A program made the position numbers and the translations under genes. Below the pieces are notes generated by a model, which was given only the letters and a program-made list of their open reading frames with translations, had not been told where the DNA came from and searched no databases. Shown piece by piece: positions 19,364 to 28,936 of a DNA stretch of 64,000 bases (position 1 is the stretch's first letter; each line of letters opens with the position of its first letter). Origin of the DNA: a bacterium (GTDB lineage Bacteria; UBP6; UBA1177); contig JAGCNV010000057.1 of assembly GCA_017645765.1 (NCBI GenBank), forward strand, positions 2,045-66,044, in the 5' to 3' direction.

Positions 19364-19619
19364 TTTTGCCTCTTCTTTAACAATAAAATAAACTAAAACA
19401 CAAAAATATGATAGAAAAATTTGTTTTTAATGTCAAAATATTTTTAATGATAAATTTATATTGTGCAAAAAGCTAACACAAACAATAGTTACAACTGAGT
19501 GTAATGATAAAATCCAGAAGTTCTGCAGGACTATTCTACAATTGTGCAACTTGGAATTGCACAATTTCAGTTGAAAGAACTCGGCGAAAGAACCAAAAAA
19601 TAATCCTTAATTTTCCTCA

Positions 19620-19684
19620 CATTTCCGTTTTGAGACGGCGAAATGGCAACACTGCCCTCTCAGTCGCCGCTTCGACAAGCTCAG
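19620..19684. repeat. ~65-nt direct repeat copy 2
   Basis: catttccgttttgagacggcgaaatggcaa...gtcgccgcttcgacaagctcag. Confidence 0.8.
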
Positions 19685-19729
19685 GAACCTCAAAAAATAA
19701 GAATCAGCAATTTGACGCTTTTACCGGCA

Positions 19730-22700
19730 TCACTGGCAAAGGCCGCTGATTTTACTAATTATTTCTTCGATTTTCTGAATGTTTTCAGCTTTGAATTTTA
19801 TCGTGCTTTCCCCTTGGAAAGAACCTTCGTATTTGTCGAGAAATTCAAAAAGAGCATCCATACTTTTCGGAATGAACGAGGCTCCCAGAGTTATCGTAAA
19901 ATCGTGTCTGCCTACTGAAATAGCGGCTGCTCCGCACTTGATAGCCAGAATTTTTATGTAAGTCAGATTGATAAGATTTTCAGTCTCTTCGGGGATTTTT
20001 CCGAACATTTCAAGAAGAGTATCTTTCACCCAGTTGAGTTCGTCAGCCGAGCGCAAGTCTGCTATTTTCCTGTAAAATCCCATTCTGACTTCTGTATCTG
20101 CAATGTAGCTTTCAGGGATATTCGCGTTCAGATCGGTCGAAATTTCAAACTCGTTTTCGATATGCGGAGTTCCGTTTTTAAGTTCGTCGATACGGTCTTT
20201 CAGCATCTCGAGATACATGTCGTAACCCACACCCTTGAGTTTTCCGGACTGGCTTATGCCCAAAATGTTGCCGCCGCCGCGAATATTGAGGTCTTCCATC
20301 GCGACATCGTAGCCGTGACCAAGTTTATCGAAGCGCTTGATCGTCGAAAGCCGGGCATAGGATTCCTGCGTAAGATTGTTGAGATTGGGAACAAAAAGAT
20401 AAGCCTTGGCTTCTCTGTTCCAGCGTCCTACCCTACCGCGGAGCTGGTAAAGCTGCGCCATTCCGAACATATCGGCGCGGTTGATGATTATTGTGTTGAC
20501 AAGCGGAATGTCGATTCCCGATTCAATGAGCGAAGTTGCGAGAAGAAGATCATAATCGCGGTTTACAAATGAAACCATCACTTTTTCAAGCTGCTCAGGC
20601 TCCATCTGGCCGTGTGCGACCGCGATTCTGAGGTTCGGAATAAGCTGCTGCAACCTCAGTTTTATGTCATTAAGTCCTGCGACGCGGTTGTGGACGAAGT
20701 AAACCTGGCCGTCACGCGCAAGTTCGGCAAGGATCGCGTCCTTGATGATCTCCTCGCTGTATTCAAGCACGAAAGTCTGGATATTTTTCCTGTCGCTCGG
20801 CGCGGTTTTGATGAAAGAGGACTTTCTTATGCCGAGAAGCGACATCTGAAGCGTTCTCGGAATCGGTGTCGCAGTCATCGAAAGGGTCGCGACATCGCGC
20901 TTCATCTCCTTGATCTGCTCTTTGTGGGTGACTCCGAAACGGTGCTCCTCGTCGATAACAAGAAAGCCTAAATCGCGGAATTTCACATCCTTTCCGAGAA
21001 GTCTGTGAGTGCCGACAAGAATATCTATTTTGCCGTTTTCCAAATCGTTAAGTATTTGTTTTTGTTTGGATTTATCGTAAAGACGGGAAAGCATTTCAAT
21101 TCGGACGGGAAGTTTCGCGAAACGCTCCTGAAAAGTACGCAGATGCTGGAAAGCAAGAACTGTCGTGGGAGCAAGGACCGCCGCCTGTTTCCCGTTTGCC
21201 ACAGCTATCATGCAGCCGCGCATCGCGACTTCTGTCTTACCGAAACCGACATCGCCGCAAAGAAGCCTGTCGGTGATCTCGTGCCCTGCAAGATCGGCCT
21301 CAAGTTCATGGATAGAACGCGCCTGGTCTGGAGTCTCGCGGAAAGGAAAATCCCTCAAAAACTCGTAGTAAAGCGGCGTATCGACCTTCATCGACTCGGC
21401 TCTTTCGACACTTCGCTGCGCGTAAAGCTCCAGAATCGCAGCCGCGACTTTCTCGATTTCGCGCTGAACTCTGTTCATCGTCTGCTGCCAGAGCGCCGTT
21501 CTGATGGAGCTTATTTTCGGAAAAACACCCTCTTCCCAGCGGTAGCGGTAGACGTAGTGCATGTTGTAAACCGGAATGTAGATCTTATCCTCGTTCTCGT
21601 AGCGGAGCTGAAGGCAGTCGGTTCCCTTCATGCTGACGGTTCCTTCGTAAACACCGACTCCGAACTTGTAATGAACGACGAATTCGCCCGGTTTTAGCGA
21701 ATTGAGTTCAAATATTCTGTTTTCAAAATATTCTTCATGTTTGATTTCTTTCTTTTTATTTTTTGAAACAGATAATTTGAATATTTCAGACGAAAGGAAT
21801 GCTGTTCCAAAATCCGGGACAGAGATGATTTCATCAGGAGCGAACCATTCCTTTTTGTCGACAAGAAAGACATTGTCGTAGTCGAGTTTCAGCGGAAGCG
21901 AGTCGATTTCAACTATCGGGATATCATTTTTTTCGCCGATCTCCTTTAGGACATCTATTTCATTCGGCTTGACAAAAACGACCAAACCGCAGTTTTCCTT
22001 AAACAATTTATTGATGACAAAAGCGGGATCGTTCTGAAGTTTCTGAGGAACCGCCTTATGTGTTACAGGAAACTTGTCTATTGTTTCGGCTGAAGAAAAG
22101 AACGAGCTTACTTCGATATCGAACTCTCTTTTTTCATCTAAAAAGCAGCTTTTTATTTCAAACGGAATGAAATGTCCTTCTTCAATTCTTTTTTTTCTTT
22201 CCGTATCAATTTTCTTAAAATCATCCTCGACATAAGTCTCGGCTTTCAATTTTTCGAAGCGGACAGTTTTCGCCTTGAAGCGCGAATAAATTGTTCCGTC
22301 TCCGGCGATGAGCGGAAAGATGTCCCACTTCGGCAGAGTTCCTGACGAAACAAGCTCTTCGGTTTCAAGAAGCTGCTGAGTCGAAAGGTTTTCCGACTTT
22401 TCCTCAAGCACTTTCTGCCAGTCTTTGCGGAGAATTTCGGGAAACATAAGCTGCGGAACGGTGATTTCGTCGAGAGGTTTTCCGTTTCTCTGGTTCGAAA
22501 ACCAGAAAAGCGAGATGTTTTCAAGTTCCTCGTCGAAAAATTCAAGGCGGACACCCTTCCCCGGAATGAAAACGCCGATATCGATAATGTCGCCTCTAAC
22601 CGCGAATTCGCCTGCGTCGCGGACGATCTGGACCTTCCTGTATCCGAGTCCGGCAAGCGATCTGGCGACATCCGAGATCCTGTAGTAAGAGTTCTTTTTG

Positions 22701-23008
22701 AAGTTGAGTTCTGCCGAACTGTCGGGGAGAAAAAGCCTTCCGCCGAGCGGTGTCGTAACAATGACATCGGGATTCGAGCCTATTTCGGCATACGCTTTCT
22801 GGGCATCGCCCTCTTCGCCGCTCCTTTCAAGCAGGAGAAACTGCGGTGCAAAAAGGAGAGTTTTGAGCCGGAACGCAGACAAAGCCGAAAAAAGAGCAGA
22901 AGCATCCCTGAAATTCGGCATTTCAACGATCAACTTTCCGTATTTATTGAACAAATCGACTGTAACCACCGGAAAAGCATCCGGCGAAGTCTCGATAAAC
23001 TGAGTCAT
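19730..23008 (-). CDS. mfd: transcription-repair coupling factor
   Basis: UvrB-homology region (EFAVRGDIID); CarD-like domain; DRLLCGDVGFGKTEVA; DEEHRFGV; QLRGRVGR; TRCF C-terminal domain. Confidence 0.97.
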   Translation of the reverse strand: MTQFIETSPDAFPVVTVDLFNKYGKLIVEMPNFRDASALFSALSAFRLKTLLFAPQFLLLERSGEEGDAQKAYAEIGSNPDVIVTTPLGGRLFLPDSSAELNFKKNSYYRISDVARSLAGLGYRKVQIVRDAGEFAVRGDIIDIGVFIPGKGVRLEFFDEELENISLFWFSNQRNGKPLDEITVPQLMFPEILRKDWQKVLEEKSENLSTQQLLETEELVSSGTLPKWDIFPLIAGDGTIYSRFKAKTVRFEKLKAETYVEDDFKKIDTERKKRIEEGHFIPFEIKSCFLDEKREFDIEVSSFFSSAETIDKFPVTHKAVPQKLQNDPAFVINKLFKENCGLVVFVKPNEIDVLKEIGEKNDIPIVEIDSLPLKLDYDNVFLVDKKEWFAPDEIISVPDFGTAFLSSEIFKLSVSKNKKKEIKHEEYFENRIFELNSLKPGEFVVHYKFGVGVYEGTVSMKGTDCLQLRYENEDKIYIPVYNMHYVYRYRWEEGVFPKISSIRTALWQQTMNRVQREIEKVAAAILELYAQRSVERAESMKVDTPLYYEFLRDFPFRETPDQARSIHELEADLAGHEITDRLLCGDVGFGKTEVAMRGCMIAVANGKQAAVLAPTTVLAFQHLRTFQERFAKLPVRIEMLSRLYDKSKQKQILNDLENGKIDILVGTHRLLGKDVKFRDLGFLVIDEEHRFGVTHKEQIKEMKRDVATLSMTATPIPRTLQMSLLGIRKSSFIKTAPSDRKNIQTFVLEYSEEIIKDAILAELARDGQVYFVHNRVAGLNDIKLRLQQLIPNLRIAVAHGQMEPEQLEKVMVSFVNRDYDLLLATSLIESGIDIPLVNTIIINRADMFGMAQLYQLRGRVGRWNREAKAYLFVPNLNNLTQESYARLSTIKRFDKLGHGYDVAMEDLNIRGGGNILGISQSGKLKGVGYDMYLEMLKDRIDELKNGTPHIENEFEISTDLNANIPESYIADTEVRMGFYRKIADLRSADELNWVKDTLLEMFGKIPEETENLINLTYIKILAIKCGAAAISVGRHDFTITLGASFIPKSMDALFEFLDKYEGSFQGESTIKFKAENIQKIEEIISKISGLCQ

Positions 23009-23070
23009 TCCGCGCCCTCAAAACAACTTGGCGCGCGATTTTAAGGAAAAGCTAATGAAAAACAAGATTT

Positions 23071-23150
23071 CGTTCTTGTCGATTCGCCGCCTCTCGATAT
23101 TTCGACAAAAAATTGGCGGCGTCGAGAAAAACGAGAGGCGGCGTCGACAA
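23071..23150. repeat. dispersed palindromic element (copy A)
   Basis: cgttcttgtcgattcgccgcc...ttggcggcgtcga; homologous to 54940-55017. Confidence 0.6.
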
Positions 23151-23185
23151 AATTATTGCTTTTCTTCGCGCAGGAACCATAATTT

Positions 23186-24181
23186 ATGGCCATTTTTGAT
23201 GCGGGGATTGTTTTGAGTATCTGCGGCTGCGGCGTAACTTTTTCACTTTTGAGCGATGAAAACACGAGAGTTGATGCTCTTGTGTCCTCTATTCTCGGCC
23301 TTTCAAGAACGCAGGTGCAGAAAAATATCAAGAATGAAAACCTCACGCTGAACGGAAAAATTCTCACAAAAAGCAGTTTTTCCAAATTCTCTAGAGGTGA
23401 TGTTTTCGAATTCGAGGCAGATGCACCCGAGCAGCTTTCAGCCGAACCCGAAGATATTCCGCTAGACATAGTTTTCGAGAACGATGATTTTCTAATAGTC
23501 AACAAACCGGCGGGACTTCTGGTACACCCAGGAAACGGTCATCCGAAAGGCACTTTGCTCAACGGTTTGGTTAACCACTTGAATTTACGTGACAAATCAA
23601 AAGACAACCCAAATTTCCGTGCGGGGCTTGTCCACAGGATAGACAAAGACACTTCCGGGCTTCTCGTAGTTGCGAAAAACGAAAAAACTCTGACGGAGCT
23701 TCAGGAAAAATTCTCGCGTCACGACATTGTCCGCGAATATACCTGCATCGTCTGGGGAAAGCTGAAAGATACGAACGGAACTGTCGAAACCTTTCACGGC
23801 AGAGACCCGAAAAACCGTCTCAGATTTTCTCCGAATGTTACAAACGGCAGAAAAGCGGTAACTCACTACGAGGTCGTAACGGAATTCAAATACGCTTCAT
23901 TGCTCAAAATCACGCTCGAAACAGGCCGTACCCACCAGATCAGAATGCACATGAACTATCTCGGACACCCGATTCTGAATGATGAACTTTACGGCGGTTT
24001 GCGCAAGTCTCCCGATCCGGTGCTCAACAAACTTCTTGCAGCTTCAGGAAGACAGCTCCTGCACGCCGGAACCCTGGGATTTACTCTTTCAGGCAAAGAT
24101 TTCATTTTCAAAACGCCGCTTCCGGAAGATATGAAAACGATAAAAAATTATCTCGAAAATATTTCATTTACACAAGTTTAG
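23186..24181 (+). CDS. rluD: RluA/RluD family pseudouridine synthase
   Basis: S4-like N-terminus; VNKPAGLLVHP; HRIDKDTSGLL; TGRTHQIR; LHAGTLGF. Exact start uncertain. Confidence 0.92.
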   Translation: MAIFDAGIVLSICGCGVTFSLLSDENTRVDALVSSILGLSRTQVQKNIKNENLTLNGKILTKSSFSKFSRGDVFEFEADAPEQLSAEPEDIPLDIVFENDDFLIVNKPAGLLVHPGNGHPKGTLLNGLVNHLNLRDKSKDNPNFRAGLVHRIDKDTSGLLVVAKNEKTLTELQEKFSRHDIVREYTCIVWGKLKDTNGTVETFHGRDPKNRLRFSPNVTNGRKAVTHYEVVTEFKYASLLKITLETGRTHQIRMHMNYLGHPILNDELYGGLRKSPDPVLNKLLAASGRQLLHAGTLGFTLSGKDFIFKTPLPEDMKTIKNYLENISFTQV

Positions 24182-24190
24182 GAGGATCGC

Positions 24191-25234
24191 ATGGCAAGAA
24201 CAGCTCTTGTTTTAGAAACTAACCCCGTCATCACGGAAAGGTATCTCGACTACACTCACGATTCAGACTGGCGCATAATGCTGAAAGACACTCTGAATGA
24301 TTTCCTTGAAAAACTCCAGCATGAAAAATTCAATCTCATCGTGGCGGAAGAATCGCTTCTGCCGCAGGGAATAATACAAATGATGAAGTCGACAGGAATT
24401 CCGTTTCTTCTTGCCACGAACAATAAGAATCCGGAAATCCCGACTTTGCCGAGGAACTTCAACCGAACGGAATTGCTTACGGTTTTCGGCAGATTAGTAC
24501 CTGAGACCCAGGCTGATCCGGAAATCGAAGATTTTGAAAAGGAAGATACCACAATAAACGATCTTCTTTCCGGTCTTGAAGACGAAGAAGAAACTTTCGA
24601 ACTTTCTTCCGATGCTGTAGTCACCGAACCGGAAAAACCGCTTGAAGAAGAAAAAAAGAACGAACCGGAAGATTCTGTCTCGGATTTCTTCGGAGACGGC
24701 GAACTTTTCAGCGACGAAGACAAAACTCCTGAAACACCTAACGAAGAAAAGAACTTATTCAATACTATCAAACCTGCAACAGAGGTTTCGGAAAACAAAA
24801 AGAGCAAAACTTTCAATTCGCCTTCATTCAACAACAGAGATATAGACAGTTTTATCAATTCTCTGTCTCTCGACAAAGAAGATGGAAAAACCGCCTTTGA
24901 AAAAATTATGGAGGAAGAACCAACTCTTGAACAAAAAGTTGAAACACATACAAACGACAAGGGGTCCGATTTACTTTTCGGGAATCAGGATGACAATGAA
25001 TCCCCAACTGACAGCGCCGACAAATACCAGCCGGAAACAACTAACGTGACCGCAAATCCGCTTCAAAACGAAGTCGAACTGGAAGATAACGCTGAAAAAA
25101 GTACCAAAACCGGGCTTTCCGACGATGCGATAAAGGCTGAAGTGTCGGCATGGCTTGAAAAAAATGCTCGGAGCATAATCAAGGAAATCGTAATGGAGCA
25201 GCTCGCCTCGCTTTCAGGGAAAAATAATGATTAA
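24191..25234 (+). CDS. hypothetical protein: degenerate receiver-like N-terminus, acidic linker, helical C-terminus
   Basis: GGAGG RBS; TALVLE..P...FNLIVAE pattern; long D/E-rich region. Confidence 0.65.
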   Translation: MARTALVLETNPVITERYLDYTHDSDWRIMLKDTLNDFLEKLQHEKFNLIVAEESLLPQGIIQMMKSTGIPFLLATNNKNPEIPTLPRNFNRTELLTVFGRLVPETQADPEIEDFEKEDTTINDLLSGLEDEEETFELSSDAVVTEPEKPLEEEKKNEPEDSVSDFFGDGELFSDEDKTPETPNEEKNLFNTIKPATEVSENKKSKTFNSPSFNNRDIDSFINSLSLDKEDGKTAFEKIMEEEPTLEQKVETHTNDKGSDLLFGNQDDNESPTDSADKYQPETTNVTANPLQNEVELEDNAEKSTKTGLSDDAIKAEVSAWLEKNARSIIKEIVMEQLASLSGKNND

Positions 25235-25685
25235 ACGGGTAGTCTCCCTCGACATAGGAATGAAGTTCATCGGAGTCGCCGCGACAGATCCGACATGGAA
25301 TTTCCCTGTAATAATCGGCACTTTGAAGCGAAAAGACTCGATAAAGGACGATTTGAAAAGACTTGGTGAAATGCTTGATTTCGATATCGCAGCCTTTGCC
25401 ATCGGTTATCCGATGCAGAGCAACGGCGAGGAAGGTTCGTTCATGCCTGTTGTAAAAGGATTCGAGCGAAGACTAAAGGAAATTTACGCAAATATCCCTT
25501 TTTTCGGAGTAGACGAATATTTCTCTTCGAAAGAAGCGGTCGAAATAAAAAATGTTAAATCTAAAAACTACCGCGAAAAAAAGCGCTCAGGCGTGATAGA
25601 TTCGACGGCGGCGGCCGTTATCCTCGAAAGATTCATGGATTCGGCCGATTTCAAAAAACTGAAGGAAAGTTTTATGGAGAATTGA
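25227..25685 (+). CDS. ruvX: YqgF/RuvX family pre-16S rRNA nuclease
   Basis: SLDIG.K.IGVA.TD; IGYP; VDEYFSS; IDSTAAAVILE. Confidence 0.9.
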   Translation: MIKRVVSLDIGMKFIGVAATDPTWNFPVIIGTLKRKDSIKDDLKRLGEMLDFDIAAFAIGYPMQSNGEEGSFMPVVKGFERRLKEIYANIPFFGVDEYFSSKEAVEIKNVKSKNYREKKRSGVIDSTAAAVILERFMDSADFKKLKESFMEN

Positions 25686-25686
25686 A

Positions 25687-25983
25687 ATGGAAAAACTCAG
25701 CGGAAAAGAAAAAAAGTATCTGCGCGGTCTTGCCCATGCGTTGAATCCGGTCGTTCTCATCGGAAGAAACGGCTACACGGAACAGGTCGCTTCTCAGATC
25801 GACGAGGCTCTGACAGCTCACGAGCTGATAAAAATCAAATTCATCGATTACATTGACGAAAAAAAAGAGATCGCAGCAGAAATCACCGAAAAGCTGAAAT
25901 GCGAATGCTGCGGCTCGATCGGGCACACGTTCATTTTCTTCAGGCAGAATAAAGAACCTGAGAAGAGAAAAATAGAGTTTTAA
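25687..25983 (+). CDS. yhbY: YhbY family RNA-binding protein
   Basis: KKYLRGLAHALNPVVLIG; AHELIKIK; IGHT. Confidence 0.95.
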   Translation: MEKLSGKEKKYLRGLAHALNPVVLIGRNGYTEQVASQIDEALTAHELIKIKFIDYIDEKKEIAAEITEKLKCECCGSIGHTFIFFRQNKEPEKRKIEF

Positions 25984-26005
25984 TTTCTTTTTTGCCGGTA
26001 GCCGT

Positions 26006-28936
26006 TTGAGTAAGTTTCGTTTTCTCATATTTGTTTTTTTGATCTTCATGACTTCGGTGCTTTTCGGCGCGGATATAGTCGAAGAAGTCGTCTGGGAAAG
26101 TCCCCTTAACTATTCCGACTTCGCCAGACTTGTAAAAATCAAGGAAAACGAACCTCTTTCAATCAAAAAAATCAGGCGGACGGTGAAACTGCTCTACGCT
26201 TCAAAAAAGTTCGAAAAAATTGATGTCTTCTCAGAAAAAACAGGAAACGGCAAAGTTAGAATCAAGATTAAGGCAAAACCTCAGCTCATCATCAAAAAAA
26301 TAAAAATCAAAGGAAACTACCATCTGACCGACAGGGAACTGAAACTTGCTTCCGGCATCGGGCTCAATTCGCTTTATTTTGAAGCCAATACCGAGAAAAT
26401 CAAAGAAGAAATCGTCTACTATTACCGTGAAAACGGCTATTTTTCAGTTGTGGTCAACCTTTCGACTGAAAAAATATCACCGACAGCTGTCAAAATGATG
26501 ATAGAGGTGAACGAAGGACCGCAGGAAAAAATAAAAAAATTCGTTCTCAACGGGAAATTCAACAAAACCGAGTTCAAAAAGCTGAAATTCGACCTTGAAG
26601 CCGCTTTCAAAGGACGTCCCTACACAGACAAAAACATTACCGAAATCGAATATTTCGTGACTGACCGTTACAAAGAACAGGGTTATCTCAACATTTCTGT
26701 TTCATCAGACAAGCGCAAAAACGGAACAGTCGCGCTGAAAGTCAACAAAGGAAGCCATTTCTCGATAAATGTCGAAGGAGCCTACTGGTTCTCGCCTGAC
26801 ACCGTTACAAAAGTTATCAAAGATGTTCCGAACTACCATTTTGACACAGTCGGAATCCAGAAAAAGCTCGAGATACTTTATCAGGCCTACGGTTTCCATG
26901 ATGCCGAAATAAAAGCCGAAATCCTTGAAAAGACCATTTCCGGCGAGGCTTTCAGCACAATCAACATCAAGATCAAAGAAAACGAGCGGCGCTTCATCAA
27001 CGAGATAGTCATCAACGGTGCCGGAAACGAAAAGAACAGAAAAATCGTCACGAAAAGGCTTAGCGACTTTATCGGCGACAGGATCGACGAAGAGAATTTT
27101 CCGCTGATTATGATAAACAGGACAACTACCGGCGGCGGATATATCGATTCTGACGGAAAAAGGGAACAGACTCTCAAAGACAGCAGGAAAGACAAGATCG
27201 TACGCCCCGATTCACCTCACGCAATACCAAAGGCATATTTGGAAGAAATACGTGAAATTACTGAAAAAATCTATCAAAATGACGGCTATGCGGATGTCGA
27301 GGTAGGAAACGCGCAGATTATAGACAAAGACGGCAGACTCTCGCTGAATATCGATGTTTCCGAGAACACGCAGTACTTCCTTTCGGGGGTTGAGGCCTAC
27401 TCAGGTGACGAGAAACTCGACAAAGATATGAAAAAGAAGATAAAACTGCCGAAACCGGTACCGTTCAACGAGAGGATTGTCCAGGCTTATCAGAAAAGGA
27501 TAACTGATTTTCTCACCGACGAAGGATATATTTTCCAGCTTGTGACACACGAAGAAAGAACCGAAGGAGACAAAGTTTTCCTTTCGTTCCATGTTGAATA
27601 TCTCTTCAAAGTCAAAATCACCGAAGTCGTCATCGCGGGGAACTACCTGACTACGACATGGGTCGTGCGCCATATCCTCCGCATCGATCCAGGCGATGTT
27701 CTTGACGGAGATTCCTTCCAGTACAGCCGCAGGAATATGCTTCAGACCGGTATTTTCCAATCAGTCGACATTGATTTCATCGACCCCGAATTTCCGAACG
27801 AAGAGAAAGATCTTGTCGTCACAGTAAGCGAATCGGAGCGTTTCAGAGTTTCGCCTGGTGTCGGAATAAGCACGGACGAAGGTATCAGGGCTATCGGCAC
27901 ATTCGAGTGGAAAAACATGGCGAAATCGGGCGTTTCGTCGAAAATCAGTCTCAAAGTTTCAAGAAAAATCGAATTTTTTATGAATGACCGCTTCAGAAAA
28001 TACTACTCCGAGGACTTCACGGACTGGCAGCGGACCGAAAGGAAAGTCAATCTGACGTTCCTTTTCCAGGACACCTACATTCCGAAAGTTCCGCTTTCTG
28101 CGCAGATTGACGCGTTCCACGTCCACGACATAAGAAGCAACGGCGGACTTCCATACATGATCGATAAAAACGGTCTTTACTTTAGTATCTTCCGGCGTTT
28201 CAGCAACCGTTACTTCATTTCTACAGGTGTTGAGGTCGCATACCGGTACGAGAAGGACTATGAGGTCGATGAAGGCGGCGACGTCAGCTACGAAATTCTG
28301 CAGAGACTTGTCATTTCACCCGAAATCAGAGGCTATATTGACTTCCGGGATTCTCTTTTCTTCCCGACAAAAGGGTGGAAACTTTCCCTCAGATACCAGA
28401 ACACCTCATCTGTAGCCGGTGACACAAATCAGTATTCGCTCTTCGAAGGCAGTCTTGCGATATATATTCCGCTCCATTACAGAACCAATTTCGCAGGCGA
28501 TATCATATCGACAGACAGACTGATTTACCACGCTTTCCTTTCTTCTGCGTTCCTTCTTCCGCACTCCGGTGAACTCTCGTCAGACGATGTCCTGAAACTT
28601 GGCGGCAACACAACAATGCGAGGATTTTACACGAACGAGCTGCTTCCGATAGACATGAAAGGAGAAATGGCAGAAGGCAAATTCTACATGTATTTGCGTA
28701 ACGAACTCAGGGTAAAAATAGTAACTGACCTCTATTTCATAGGGTTCTGCGACATCGGAAACCTCTGGGAGGAAGTAAGTCATGTCGGTGAAGGCGAACT
28801 TTTCCGCTATGCTTCCGGCGGCGGGCTGCTCTACGCTTCGCCTATCGGCTCGATAACAGCTCAGGCCGGATTCAATCTGAAACCACATGAAGGAGAAAAC
28901 ACATGGACGATTCATGTATTCCTTTCAACGCTGTAA
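26006..28936 (+). CDS. BamA/TamA (Omp85) family outer membrane protein
   Basis: Multiple POTRA-like units (I.GN...YY.E.GYF) and a C-terminal barrel with LGGNTTMRGF and SPIG. Confidence 0.88.
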   Translation: MSKFRFLIFVFLIFMTSVLFGADIVEEVVWESPLNYSDFARLVKIKENEPLSIKKIRRTVKLLYASKKFEKIDVFSEKTGNGKVRIKIKAKPQLIIKKIKIKGNYHLTDRELKLASGIGLNSLYFEANTEKIKEEIVYYYRENGYFSVVVNLSTEKISPTAVKMMIEVNEGPQEKIKKFVLNGKFNKTEFKKLKFDLEAAFKGRPYTDKNITEIEYFVTDRYKEQGYLNISVSSDKRKNGTVALKVNKGSHFSINVEGAYWFSPDTVTKVIKDVPNYHFDTVGIQKKLEILYQAYGFHDAEIKAEILEKTISGEAFSTINIKIKENERRFINEIVINGAGNEKNRKIVTKRLSDFIGDRIDEENFPLIMINRTTTGGGYIDSDGKREQTLKDSRKDKIVRPDSPHAIPKAYLEEIREITEKIYQNDGYADVEVGNAQIIDKDGRLSLNIDVSENTQYFLSGVEAYSGDEKLDKDMKKKIKLPKPVPFNERIVQAYQKRITDFLTDEGYIFQLVTHEERTEGDKVFLSFHVEYLFKVKITEVVIAGNYLTTTWVVRHILRIDPGDVLDGDSFQYSRRNMLQTGIFQSVDIDFIDPEFPNEEKDLVVTVSESERFRVSPGVGISTDEGIRAIGTFEWKNMAKSGVSSKISLKVSRKIEFFMNDRFRKYYSEDFTDWQRTERKVNLTFLFQDTYIPKVPLSAQIDAFHVHDIRSNGGLPYMIDKNGLYFSIFRRFSNRYFISTGVEVAYRYEKDYEVDEGGDVSYEILQRLVISPEIRGYIDFRDSLFFPTKGWKLSLRYQNTSSVAGDTNQYSLFEGSLAIYIPLHYRTNFAGDIISTDRLIYHAFLSSAFLLPHSGELSSDDVLKLGGNTTMRGFYTNELLPIDMKGEMAEGKFYMYLRNELRVKIVTDLYFIGFCDIGNLWEEVSHVGEGELFRYASGGGLLYASPIGSITAQAGFNLKPHEGENTWTIHVFLSTL

